A stretch of DNA of 64,000 nucleotides from Stegostoma tigrinum. Taxonomy: Eukaryota. The translations under genes and the position numbers were made by a program. Position 1 is the stretch's first letter. The number at the start of each line of letters is the position of its first letter. Positions 24,861 to 36,509 of the stretch are shown one piece after another. Below the pieces are notes generated by a model that was not told the DNA's origin, made no database searches, and saw only the letters and a program-made list of their open reading frames with translations. The stretch spans positions 7,817,464 to 7,881,463 of the forward strand of contig NC_081400.1 of assembly GCF_030684315.1 (NCBI RefSeq), read 5' to 3'.

Positions 24861-27800
24861 CACAGCACTAAGAGATACGGGATCATGCCAATCTTCAACG
24901 TTGAGAGATGAGGAGATCTGTACTTCAGGATGGATCTGAGCAGAAAACGTGCTAGTACGTGGAATTCATGGTGAGATGACAAGTGCCCCATCGCGTAGAG
25001 TGAGGTTGGTGTATCCAGTGAAAAGTGAGGAAGTGGTGGTCGGAATAGTGGAGAAATTCTCAGCTCCAGGAACACATTTTGTCCTTGGTAACAATACAGC
25101 TGTATCACAAGTAGGAGTGCTGCTTACTGTGGTAGAAAAGCAAGTGGAAAATCAGAGAACTGAATTATTACAGGAAGACCATCACGGGATTTTTCCTGAC
25201 TGTGTGATAACAAGGTCACAAAAGCCACCAGTTGAATTGGGAGGAGAAATCAAAGAATACAGGTGAGGAAAAACTGAAAGATCTGCGGATGCTATAAATC
25301 AGACACAAGAACAAAGTTGCTGGAAATAGCTCAGCAGGTCTGGCAGTATCTGTGATGGAAAAAAACAGAGTTAACATTTCGGGTCCGGTGACCCTTCCTC
25401 AGAAAGGCACAGAGGAAGGGCCACCTGACCCGAAATGTGAACTCTGTTTTTTACCTTCACAGATGCTGCCAGATCATTCAGGTAAGGAAGTTGAAGCGGA
25501 ATTATCAGAGAACATGTTTGATCAAATGGTTGAGCATAATATAAATAAAAAAAAACAAGATTAGGTGGAGCATAAAGTGGATATTTTTAGTTCAGAGAAA
25601 TTAACTGATTTACAACAGAAAGATGAAAAACTGAGGCAGAGGAAGGATCCGTGTATGTTCTTGAATAGTACTACCTGACAAGTGATGTCTTGGTGAGGAA
25701 ATGGAGACAATTACAAATTCAGGTGGATGAGAAATGGGCAGAAATTCATCAAGGTGTACAATCAGTGGGGAACAGAAAGGAGGTGTTGTGGGTAGTACAT
25801 GAATTACCAGTAGGAGGTCATTTAGGAGCAAGAAATTCTCACTCCAAAATACAAAATCATTTTTGCTTGCCTGGACTACATAAGGATGATGACTTTTGCA
25901 AGACATGTCATACTTACAGGTAATTGGAAAATCTCGCATGCTCCAAGTCATTGTAATCAAAGGGAGTTGCAGTGACTAGAGCTCACCTATAGTCATGATG
26001 CCAAAACCAGATGGTATCCAACGATTACGTGTGGAATATCGCAAAGTCAATGCAGTTATAAAGTCTGATTCATAATCTATTCCACATTTGGAAGACTGTA
26101 TTGAGAAGACGGGCCAAACAACTTCTATTTTTAAGTTGGAGTTATTCAGAGGATAGTGGCAGGTATCCTTATCCGAAAGAAAAAGGGAAGTTTTGGCTCT
26201 TGTAACACAGAAAGAATTATACAATTTAAATTCATGCCATTTGGTATGAAAATACATAGCCACATTTCAGAGATTAAGCAATGAAGTCATTTCTGGAGTA
26301 CGTAATTGTGTGGTACACATTGACAGTCTGGTGATTTTTACTCACAATTGAAAGAAGCATTTGCTGCATTTATCGGAATTATTCAATTGACTTTGGGAGG
26401 CAGGCTTGGCGATAAACTTGGCTGAGTGAATTTGCCAAAGCCCAAGCCAAGCTCCCGGGCCATGTTATTGGACATGTCCAAATTGCCTAAAGGAATGTGA
26501 AAACAAAGGTTATTGGGGAGTTTCCAACACTATCACTGAAGAAAGCAGTAGTATGGTTCCTGAAATTTACTGTGTTTTATCAGAAGTTCGTACCAAATTT
26601 AGCAGTGTGGCTGCTTCATTGACTGACTTATTGGAGAAGTGCAGCAACTTTCAGTGGATGGCAGACATTTTGAAGGCATTCTGCACTTGAAGTTGTGTTA
26701 ACCACTGCCCCCGTATTAATCACGCTCAATTACACAAAGTCAATCAAGGTGGCTAGCAGTGTGAGTGATGTGGGCATCGGTGCTGCTCTAACAAGATGAC
26801 GACAAGACAGAAAGATCTGTCTGGTATTTTTCCAGGAAATTGATGTTTCATCACAAAAAAAATTCACAATTGAGAAGGAGAACTCGAGCTTGGTGTTGGC
26901 GCTACAACATTTCAACATTTATATTGCCAATAATGTGTCTGAGACCATTGTATATTCTGATCATGACCCATTAAAGCTTTTGGGGAAATTTAAGGACAAA
27001 AATTCTAGACTTTTTTGGTGGAGCTCGTTATTAAAGACCATTCAAATTGAAAATTGTAGACGCGGCAGGATGAGTAAACATAATTGCCAACAGTTGTCAC
27101 CCCTTGGATGAAGAAGGACAGAGCTGTTCTGTGACAGGATTGAGCGGACTAAAACAGAATGTAGCAGTCAATGTTTGCATGCTTAGAGTCAATGTAATTT
27201 CTATGCATTGTAATGTAGAAATAGAATCTGACTAAGGGATTTAAATTGAAGCCATCTTTGAATATTGATGGTTCATTTTTAAAGCAGCAGGTGCTGTCAC
27301 CTTAAAAAGATTGTTTTTGTCCTTGGTTCTTTGAAGAGCGCTTGTAAGGCAGCGGACATGAAGAAGTCTAGGGAGTAACAGTTTAAGAATGGAAGCAAAG
27401 TTGGCCAGTTCTCCCAGTTCAGGTGGTTTCTAATTCTTTGAACACTAGCAGTTGCAAGATATTTTGAGTATTGGAAGTATTGCAAGCATGAGTAATAGAT
27501 TCTTCTGAATTTCTTTGAAATCCCTCTCTGGATGGAGTTCCCTTCTGCCTGTAAGAATCTATGTTTGAATTTACCTTGTTGCCAAGGTGTATATTTATGG
27601 GATGCTATTTTGTTGGAACAGTTAATTAATTAAGTTGGTGTATCAGATTGGTTACAGTTTCCAAAAGTTAAGTTGCACAAAAGTCATTTTCTTTTGTTCA
27701 TGTTTCAACTGTAATGTTGAAACAACTGTTGTTTTGCTTGAAGATAACGCAGTGTGAAGATGGAGAGACACAGCAGGCCAGACAGCGCCAGAGGAGCAGG

Positions 27801-28091
27801 AAAGTTGATGTTTCAGTTCAGGATGCTGATTTCCGAAGAAGGTTCCTGCCCCAAAACATCAACTTTCTTGCTCCTCTGATGCTGCCTGGCCTGCAGTATT
27901 CCTCAAGCTCGACACTGTGTTATCTCTGACTCAAGCATCTGCAGTTCTGGCTATCTCTCGCTTAAAGCTGAGTGGTTTGACCACTTGCATCACGCCTAGA
28001 ACACTCACTTCGTTTTTCTTGTAAAGTAAGTGGAAGTTAGCATCTGGACTATCTTTAAAACTTTTGAGGGGGTCTGACCTGTTCCATAACA
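24860..28091 (+). mobile_element. Degraded Gypsy LTR retrotransposon with Gmr1-like domain order (integrase Zn finger before RT-RNaseH) and 3' LTR at about 27291-28091
   Basis: FPDCVITRSQ; HELPVGGHLG..CKTCHT (IN H2C2) at 25690-25923; SSPIVMMPKPDG..YRKVNAV (RT); RNaseH IVYSDHDPLKLL..RLFWWS; LTR ending ..ccataaca. Confidence 0.8.
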
Positions 28092-28558
28092 CCTCAATAT
28101 GCCAGAGTTTGCATATTCCCATCAAAATGATAGGGTCATGGATATACGTGATCATTCTTCAACTGTGGCTTGTTCAATAGTTTGGAATTCCACATCAATG
28201 TTACCTTACCTATGTCTTCACCATTTAAATAAGTCAGCTCGCATCACATTCGGCAGAATATTTTACATTTTGCAACAAATTCTATCATTATGAATGACAC
28301 CTCCAGAGTATAATAATGATTTTCTTCAATATGTGTCAGACTATTTCTAAATTTGCTACTCCCAATGTGGAGATATAGTTGCTTATTTACAAATGGGTTG
28401 TAAGAAGATGAAATAAAATTACATCATTGTCTCGGGTAACACTTTATCCCTCCATTTTATAATGTTTATTTGTGTTCAGAATTAAATTTTCAATTCAGTT
28501 GCAATAAGTTAAAAAAAACAAAGAAGTATGATACAAAATAGGGGAAATGTTGGTTGAA

Positions 28559-28652
28559 TTATGGCTGATCGAAAGAGAAGATATTCTTCATAGCTTCATA
28601 ACCTGCTTCAGCTGATGAATGTTTGTTCTTCTGTTTCATCAGAATGTTTGAT
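28559..28652 (-). CDS. VJ-C1 IgSF receptor putative terminal exon (RSNILMKQKNKHSSAEAGYEAMKNIFSFDQP*)
   Basis: ttttactgcag acceptor, phase-compatible with exon 6; contains YEAM; AATAAA on the minus strand at 28465-28470. Confidence 0.45.
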
Positions 28653-29259
28653 CTGCAGTAAAAGCCAACTGAGCATAAAGAATCTATGGAAGGAAACAAA
28701 GCATTACCATCATAGAAACCTAAGCATAGTCTTTGACTGTTCAATGTTTGGACGTGGCTCCCAGTTAATTTAGGTCACAGGGATGATTAAATCCATATTT
28801 GACATAATGGTTTATAATTATAGCCAAGGGGAGGCCACGGCCAATGTGGTGTCATTGCTGGACTGTTGATCCAGCGACCCAGATAACGTTGTGGGGACCA
28901 CCTTTCGAAACCTGCTACGGCAGATGGTGGAATTTGAATTCAATAAAATATCTGGAATTAAGAATCTGATGATGGCCATGAATCCATTGTCAATTGTTGG
29001 AAAAACTCGTCTAATTCTCTAATATCCTTTAAGGAAGGAAACTGCCATCCTTACCTGGTCTGGTCTAAATGTGACTCCAGACCCACAGCAATGTGGTTTA
29101 CTCATAACTGCCCTCTGGCAATAAATGGTGCCTCGCCAGAGATGCCCTTGTCCCATTAATGAGTGAAAAACAAAAGGAGCCTAAGGAAGAGTCATTAGTG
29201 GGATATTTCCAGATCACCATCACAAGATATAAAAGCAGAATCCCAGCTGTGTGGAAACA

Positions 29260-29545
29260 GGCTTTTTGGCTCAATAATCCCACACCAACTCTCAGAACAT
29301 CACATCCAGGCCCAGCCTTCTCACCCACCCAATCTACACATTCCTGAACGCTACAGGCAATTTAGCATGACCAATCCAACTAGCCCCCACATCTTTGGAC
29401 TGTGGAAGGAAACCAGAGCACCCAAAGGAAACCCACGCACACATGGGGAGAATGTGCAAACTCCACACAGTCACCCGAGAATGGAACCGAACGCAGGCCT
29501 CTGGTGCTGTGAGACAGCAATGGTAACCTCTGAGCCACTGTGTAT
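29260..29545 (-). mobile_element. HE1-type V-SINE
   Basis: Reverse complement of the V-SINE body and A box. Confidence 0.75.
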
Positions 29546-30715
29546 CGTCTAAATTGTTATCCCTTCACTGAAGGTGTGCCATCTGATACTAGTCTCTCCT
29601 ACTGGAGGAAATATCTTCGCCACTTCGACTGTATCTAGACCTCTCAGTACTCTGTAATTTTCAATAACATCTCTCCTCATCCCTCAAAACTTCGTAGAGC
29701 TAAGACCCAGAGTCCTCAATCCTCCTCGTAGGACCTTCATTACTGTAATCATTCTTACGAATGCCCTCGGGACTCCCACCAAGGTGAGCACATCCCTCCT
29801 TAGATATATACATATGCATCTTAAATATATGTGCCCGTCATACCTTTGTTAACGTGCTCCAGGCTGCCCCTCAGCCTCTGATGTTCATGCGAAGACAAAT
29901 CAGGTTTGTACAATCTCTCCTCATATCTAATGCCCTCCAAATAAGGCAACACTTCTGAATACCATGCAGTTATCTTAAGGTTATGGCAAGTGACAAGCTA
30001 TATTCCTTCAACACAAGTATCAGATAAAGCCTCTCTAACAAAAGAATTTAGCTATTGCCTGTTGACATTTGATTGCCAACTGTCGTGAATTCCCATTATC
30101 AACATCCCTGGGGTTACCACTGACCAGCAACTGAACTGAACTAACCATCTGTACCGTATTCTGACAAACACAGCAAGAGTAGGAATCCTGTGGGGTGTAA
30201 TTCACTTCTGACCTCATAGTCCATGTCCGATAAGATACAAGTCAGCAGATTGATAGAATTCAGTCCCGTTGCCAGGATAATTGCAGCTCCAACAACACTC
30301 AAGAGCTTGAAGCCATACAGGACAGAGTAGCTGAGAATGCATCTTCAAACAATCACTTGATTGACCACAGAAGCAAAGTTATAGCAATGTACCATGTACA
30401 AAACACATTGATGACATTCATCAAGACCCCTCTGACAGGACCATATAAGACCATAACTTGGAGCTCTCTCCCTTGATGCATTGTACATATAGCTGCATCA
30501 AAATGATTGAGTGATTCAAGAAGGCAGTTCAGAACCAACCGCCCAAATGCCATGAATCTGCTGAAACCAGCGATGTAAATATTCACTGAATTAATATAAC
30601 AGAAAGATTCACTTGTTTCAAATTATCAACTATTCATCACAATTAGCAAATACTGTTAGCTTTTTTGCACTTTGGATAAGCACATAAATCCTCTTTTTTT
30701 TAGTGCAATTTTAAC

Positions 30716-30750
30716 CTTGTTATTATTCCATTTAATTGTCTTCCTGTAAA
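30716..30750 (-). CDS. VJ-C1 IgSF receptor putative exon 6: cytoplasmic mini-exon (FTGRQLNGIIT)
   Basis: ctaac branch-like site and ttatttttag acceptor; AAG|gttaaa donor; 35 nt, phase 0/2, bridging exon 5 and the terminal exon in frame. A competing cag acceptor lies 7 nt downstream. Confidence 0.45.
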
Positions 30751-31177
30751 CTAAAAATAAGTGGTTAGTTTAAACGTGTGGAAGTATATTTCCATGGGTT
30801 TCAGGTCCACCAATTTTTTTATTTGTGGGACATGGGCGTCGCTGGCTGGCTAGCATTTATTGACTGGTCCCTATCTTCCCTTGAAATGAATGGCTTTCTA
30901 GGCCATTTCAGTCGGTAACAAGAGTGAACTACACTGCTGAGGGTCTGGAGGTGCATGTGGGCTGGACGAGGTGAGGATGGCATGTTTCCTTCCCTAAGGA
31001 CATTAGCAAGCAAGATGGATTTTTATGACAGTTGGTAATGGTTTCATTGTCATCAGTTCCACTTTGCAAATGAAAAGTCAATCTTTGCAATCATAGTTAT
31101 CTGTGTTAAACATTGTGACATAGAAGCAGTGAAATGATAATACAGTTGTTAAGAAATGAAATCTTCTTGGTATTTAC

Positions 31178-31212
31178 CTCCTGTTTTTCAAGTGAGTGAG
31201 TCTTCCAGTTAC
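31178..31212 (-). CDS. VJ-C1 IgSF receptor exon 5: cytoplasmic mini-exon (GNWKTHSLEKQE)
   Basis: tttttccgtttatgtcag acceptor, GAG|gtaaat donor, 35 nt, phase 1/0, open frame. Confidence 0.65.
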
Positions 31213-31338
31213 CTGACATAAACGGAAAAATCAACATTGTAAATGGTGCTAACTCATTTGATCAAATACTTAAAAAACAAAAACACAATAATACAGAAAT
31301 GTGAATTTAAATGATGGAGGAATAGCAACATTTCCTAC

Positions 31339-31452
31339 CAGACTGTCGATTCCTGTAGGTCCATGCAGTGGTGAAAGTAAAGGCCAAGAGAAGGGCAATC
31401 ACTGCCACTGAACTTACAGAAAATGTTGTAAGACACTTGATAATTGAAGACT
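31339..31452 (-). CDS. VJ-C1 IgSF receptor exon 4: connecting peptide and transmembrane segment
   Basis: Strong acceptor tttttcttcttcag; 114 nt, phase 1/1; ESSIIKC-LTTFSVSSVAVIALLLAFTFTTAW-TYRNRQS = juxtamembrane Cys, uncharged TM, basic stop-transfer; donor G|gtagga. Confidence 0.8.
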
Positions 31453-33371
31453 CTGAAGAAGAAAAATGAGCATTAAAAATGCTGCAAATTAAACTGCGAT
31501 AATCTTGTGGAAAAATCAAGGATTACCAACAGCGTCAACTCAAAGTTGAAAAGGATGTCGATTCAACGTCAGTGTCAATGTTATACAAAACCATAACCAC
31601 TTCAATTACAAATACTTTGCATTGCTCGATCCACTTCGAAATACATGCGTTAATCTAAATATAATAAAAAATTCAACCTGTCTCCTGGAACTGAAATCTT
31701 CCGAAGAAGCAATTTCCCATAACAAATTTAGAAACTGCCACCTACTCTTTATGTTTATCATTGGAATTTTCATCCGTGTTCTCACAATTCTTTTGCTGTT
31801 TACTCAGTGTCTTCTTACAAGACCTTATGACACAACAAATTAAGCATTTCTAGAATTCTATAGACATTACAACTTCATCAAGCTTTTAACAATCTAATCT
31901 ACTGTGTTGTCAAGCATATCTCAATTAAATGTGTACAAAGTAGCATCAGATATAAATCTTCATTCAGTAGATTAAGCAGACCAAATGTATTCACGACACA
32001 TTGTTATTGTGTGGTCAGATAAATGAAGCAATTTGGCAGCCTATTACTTAAATTATGAAGGGCAATAACATGAGGGGAGGTGATGGCCTGCTGGCATCGT
32101 CGCTGGGCTGTTAATGCAGAGACCCAGACAATGTGCTGGGGACCTGGGTTTGAATCCCACCACAGCAGATGGTGGAATTTGAATTCAATAAAAATCTGGA
32201 ACTAAAGGTCTGATGTTGACTGTGAATACATTGTGGATTGTTGGGGAAAAACCCACCTGATTCACTAATGTCCTTTAGTTCTGATTTGGCTTATATGTGA
32301 CTTCAGACCCACAGCAATATGGTTGATTGTTAGCTGCCCTCTGGGCAATTAGGAATGGGCAATAAATGCTGCCAAGCCAGTGACACCCTCATCCCATGAA
32401 TGGGATTAGGGTTAGTAGATGGATGAACACATATCCTAAGAAGTGTAGAATTGCAATGCTTAGAAGCTTTAGCGAATTCGAAGAGACGATTTTTATAGAC
32501 ATTTACAGAACGATGAATAGATATGCAGTTGTTGCAACTAAAGATTAAATGTGCACCTGAGAAAGTGCAAATATGCTTTACTGCCCAAAGCTAGAACTGA
32601 AATATCTTATAAAACATAAAACTAATCGAAAACTCTGGGATATTTCCCCTCTCAAATAAGAAATAAAATATCTTTGTTCTGACAGGAATATTCTACCAGT
32701 GTAACTATTTGGCAGGATAGAATTCAAGAAAATGTTTTCACTTCGAAAGCCAAATAAATTGAGAACCTGGAAACATACCGGCATCAATAACACGTTGCTT
32801 GAGACTTAAGGAGACGGTTTTGTATTCATATCGCACATAGCAAATAGATTGAAAAGTCCCACGGAAATAATTAGAAGGGTTTCCGAAGAAAGTAAGCTGG
32901 GAGCTTCATTAAACATACATTGGCGAATGGAAATTGAAGACAAGGTAAATGGCCTTACAGCCATGAAGGACTTTGCGAAGAGACTGGAGTGGCAAAGGAA
33001 CAATGACCATTACCTGTTAACTAAAGAAGCCTCTTTTTGGAATATTAATACAATTAAATAAAGTCGACTGACCATATCCGTGATGAACGAAAGTTGTGAA
33101 CAGGAAATGGGCTTTCTATGCTTCAAATCCTAATCCTCTAATAATCAGATTGATGTTGAATTCACAATTATAGAGTGATTTTCTAGTTAAACAGTTGGAT
33201 ATAAACACGAGAAAAGCTACAGCGCACAACAGTGAGATGCAGGAAAGAGGAAAATGAGAAGGCGGCGTGCACAGAATGAAGGGGAGCAAGTCTTATCACA
33301 AAAGGGGTTTATGCTGACAATTAATTTTCACAAATAAAACATAATTATAAACGGATAGACCCAATAAATAC

Positions 33372-33674
33372 CTTTTGCAAACGAGACACTTTTGCTGTTA
33401 AGAATTGCAGTTGAGTTGATTTGAAGTGAACAAACGCAGGAAGCCCCATAACTCAACGCACTTGCAGGGACTCTGATGTAACTTCTCACACTGTACGCCT
33501 CCGATGAGACTATTGCCTCAGAATCCGTCCAACTCTCGGCATCCCATGTGGAAATATTCCAGCGAATGTGAAGAACATCGGCCACGAAGTTATTCAGCAA
33601 ACACACCAAGGTAACAGTTCCCGTGGAAACCGTTCCATTCAGCGGTGGAGTCAACAGAAATATGTCAGGATGAC
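33372..33674 (-). CDS. VJ-C1 IgSF receptor exon 3: C1-set Ig domain
   Basis: 303 nt, phase 1/1; PDIFLLTP..TVTLVCLLNNF..D..IRW..YSVRSYIRVP..SCVC pattern of C1 domains; acceptor ccataag (an in-frame stop just upstream fixes the boundary), donor G|gtattt. Confidence 0.88.
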
Positions 33675-33765
33675 CTTATGGGGTTGGGAGGTAAATTGCA
33701 ATTACTGTTCAGTTACAATCCTGGTTAAACATGATGAAGCGCGTAAAACAGCCTTTAATTCTTAC

Positions 33766-34104
33766 CTGCTATGAGCAGTTTCGACCCATTTCCGAAGACA
33801 AAGGGCATTCTGCTCATTGGTCGAGCTGCACAGTAATACCGACCAGAATCATTTCTCTGCACATTTTGAATCACAAGGGTGTAAGTAGTTGATTCTTTGT
33901 TAATTTCCCCAGTAAATCTTTCGTTTGTTGGGACGTATTTCCTCACGATGTAGAGAAGTTGCAGATGTTCTCTCTGCTGCTGTTTGTACCAGTAGACAGC
34001 TGCCCTTGCCAAAGCGCCCGTGTGGCAATGCAGTTTGACACTATTTCCCACAGAGACATTCTGAACTGGCGGAGACTGCAAGAACAATGCTTCTGACACA
34101 ATAG
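33766..34104 (-). CDS. VJ-C1 IgSF receptor exon 2: germline-joined V-set domain with J motif
   Basis: Acceptor tttcccag, donor G|gtaaga, 339 nt, phase 1/1. Canonical V residues LQSP, KLHC, VYWYKQ, RFTG, YTLVI, DSGRYYC, followed directly by the J signature FGNGSKL in the same exon. Confidence 0.93.
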
Positions 34105-34325
34105 CTGGGAAAGCAAAACATAGCGCAAAAGTTAATGAGGTGTGGAGCTGGATGAACACAGCAGGCGCACAAAAGCTGACGTTTCGGGCCTAGACCCTTC
34201 AACAGAAAGGCACAAAAATTGTTATGGTGAAAAAACAAACTAAATTCTGTTCATTAATCAAACATTTGGTGTGAAGGAAAGAAGACTTTGTTATCATTAA
34301 TGATCAATGAGACCACGTTGTAGTT

Positions 34326-34410
34326 CAAAGAAAGAAAGAAAGAAAGCGAGAAAGAAAGAGGACGAAAGAGAGCAAGAAAGAAACAGAGAAAAAAAAGAGG
34401 AAAGAGAAAT
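34326..34410. repeat. (AAAG)n-like purine tract in intron 1 of the VJ-C1 gene
   Basis: Directly visible. Confidence 0.8.
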
Positions 34411-34560
34411 TTCGTCCGCTTGGAACAATTTTTTAAAAAAAGGAAGTTCTTCATGATAATGTGATCTTCTTGAAGACAACTACTTAATATTCAATCAGTC
34501 CAATTGATGTTTGATCTGAGTTTGGATGTACCCTGTGGCCTGGAAATGAAAATGTCTAAC

Positions 34561-34600
34561 CTGAGAAAATATGGACCAGCGTGCAGAGAATGAAGTTCAT
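34561..34600 (-). CDS. VJ-C1 IgSF receptor exon 1: leader (MNFILCTLVHIFS)
   Basis: ATG at 34600; 40 nt hydrophobic exon ending G|gttaga (phase 1); joins in frame to give a signal peptide MNFILCTLVHIFSAIVSEA. Confidence 0.75.
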
Positions 34601-36509
34601 TGTCTAGCTACGTTTCATAGAGTGATCTTCGATTCGATGAATCATGCTGTTACATTGTAAGCTTGATCTGGTGATGCCACAAATTGCAAAACGCACCTTC
34701 GAAAATTATCGACTGCATTTCCAAAGAACTAAACGGAAACTATAAAAACAGGTAGCGGGTCGCTGTGGGCTTCCTGTTTACACGCTTAGTATTGACACAC
34801 AGGTCTGTTTGTAAAGATCAAATGATCAGATTTCTGTTTCAAAATGTTAAAAGGCGTTTAGTGTAAAAGAATCGCACCACACCCAGTTAAACACACTTTA
34901 TTAGATGCACTATTCATAATTGTGAGAGGATATGATGGGATTCAAATTCTTTTATTCATTCATAAATGTTGGCATCATAAACGAGGGAAGAATTTATTTC
35001 CCATTCCTAATTGACGAGAGGACAGTTAAGAGTCAATCACATTGCTGTGGACCTGGAGACATACGAATACCAGACAGGGCAATGAAAACAGCTTCTTTAC
35101 ATAAAGGAGATTCGTGAACTAGGTATGTCATTATTGAAATTGGTAATGATCACACGAACATCATTAGAGCCTTAATGCGGACTTTTTCTTCGTATTGTAT
35201 ACTAATTCCACCATCTGCCATGGTGGAATTTTGATTCAGGTTCCCAAAACATTACCCGGTCTCTGGATGAACAAACTAGCGATGATATCACTAGGCATTC
35301 TTCTTCAGTTGAAAACATAGCCATTTATAGAAAGGTACAAACAAAGCCTTATCAGACTATAAAATCCATCGAACAATTTTCATTGAATGTGTGTGCAAAT
35401 CTTATTTTTAATTTCAGACCTGCTGTTACTACTCATTGGCTGTCAATTGTCCCTTAGCGAAAAGTGCTTGCATTTCTAAGGCAAAAGGTCACATGGCAAA
35501 ATGCCTTTGTAGAGTTTGCTGTGTTGCACTTGGATCACACGGTGTGAAAATGGAGCTATTATATTGACCAAGGTACAATTAAATGGTAGTTTTCTCCTAA
35601 TGCTACTGAGTCTGATAGAAAATAAAAAGGGTGTGATAAAAATTTGGAAAATTTCTGAAAGATCTATGATAGAAGTGACATTAGACTCATTGGCATTAGG
35701 TGAAATATATTCCTGGACTTCTTAACTCAGAGTTAATGACAGAGCCGCTGCAGTACAAGAGCCCTTCATCATAGCAATATAAAAGTTAGTTATGGAGAAT
35801 TATCTACACTATTTATTATTTATCTACACTAAATTGTGTTGATTTAATAACACACAAATTTACAATATTCCTTCCAATCATAGACTTGTTCAAATTAACT
35901 AACCAAAAGAAATAAAAAAAAAACTAGATTGCAACAACTACTTGAACTGATGTGATACTTTAAAGGAGGGTGCAAATTTTTTTTGTCTACCCAACTGTTT
36001 TTCTCTCTCTTTTGGCTCCATATTCACCCATCCTATGCTTCTCCCCCTCCCGTAGCACATCTTCAGCATATATACCAACCTTTTCCTAACTACAGACTCT
36101 TCTAAAGAAGGGACACTGAACCTGAAACATTAGCCTGTGCTTTTTCACAACTGATCCTGCCAGATGTGCTCAGTTTTTGTTTTTGTTTCTGATTTACAGC
36201 ATCCGGGCTGCTTTGATTTTTTTCTTGTTTGTGGTTTTGCTCACTGACATACCGCATCCAGATATGCCCGTGTTGAAGAGTTCCTGCTCCTCTCTCTGAC
36301 AAGGTTTCCATTCTAATGTTTCTTTCTTGTTTAGCATCATTACTTCCATCGTTGTTGTGGTTTTTGACAAGGTATTTGCCAAAAATCACTTCTGCGGGCA
36401 CATCATATTCACCAGTGACTGTCACTTGCTTGGCCTTAGCCCGTGTGGATCCAAACTCAAGTTTCATTCTTTGTGTTTTGAATCCATCCAGTGTCGTGAT
36501 GCACAATGG

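Noticed and set aside
31677-31692. Possible extra micro-exon between C1 and TM
   Set aside because: The 13-nt length would break the frame and the donor is weak.
33829-33835. CACAGTA heptamer-like site at the YYC of the V exon (cryptic RSS)
   Set aside because: It arises from Tyr-Cys-Ala codons, and there is no nonamer at 12- or 23-bp spacing.
33372-34104. Interpretation as a germline-joined Ig light chain or a TCR chain
   Set aside because: The C exon ends in a splice donor leading to a TM exon; no clear octamer promoter was seen; the TM lacks the charged residues of TCR chains.
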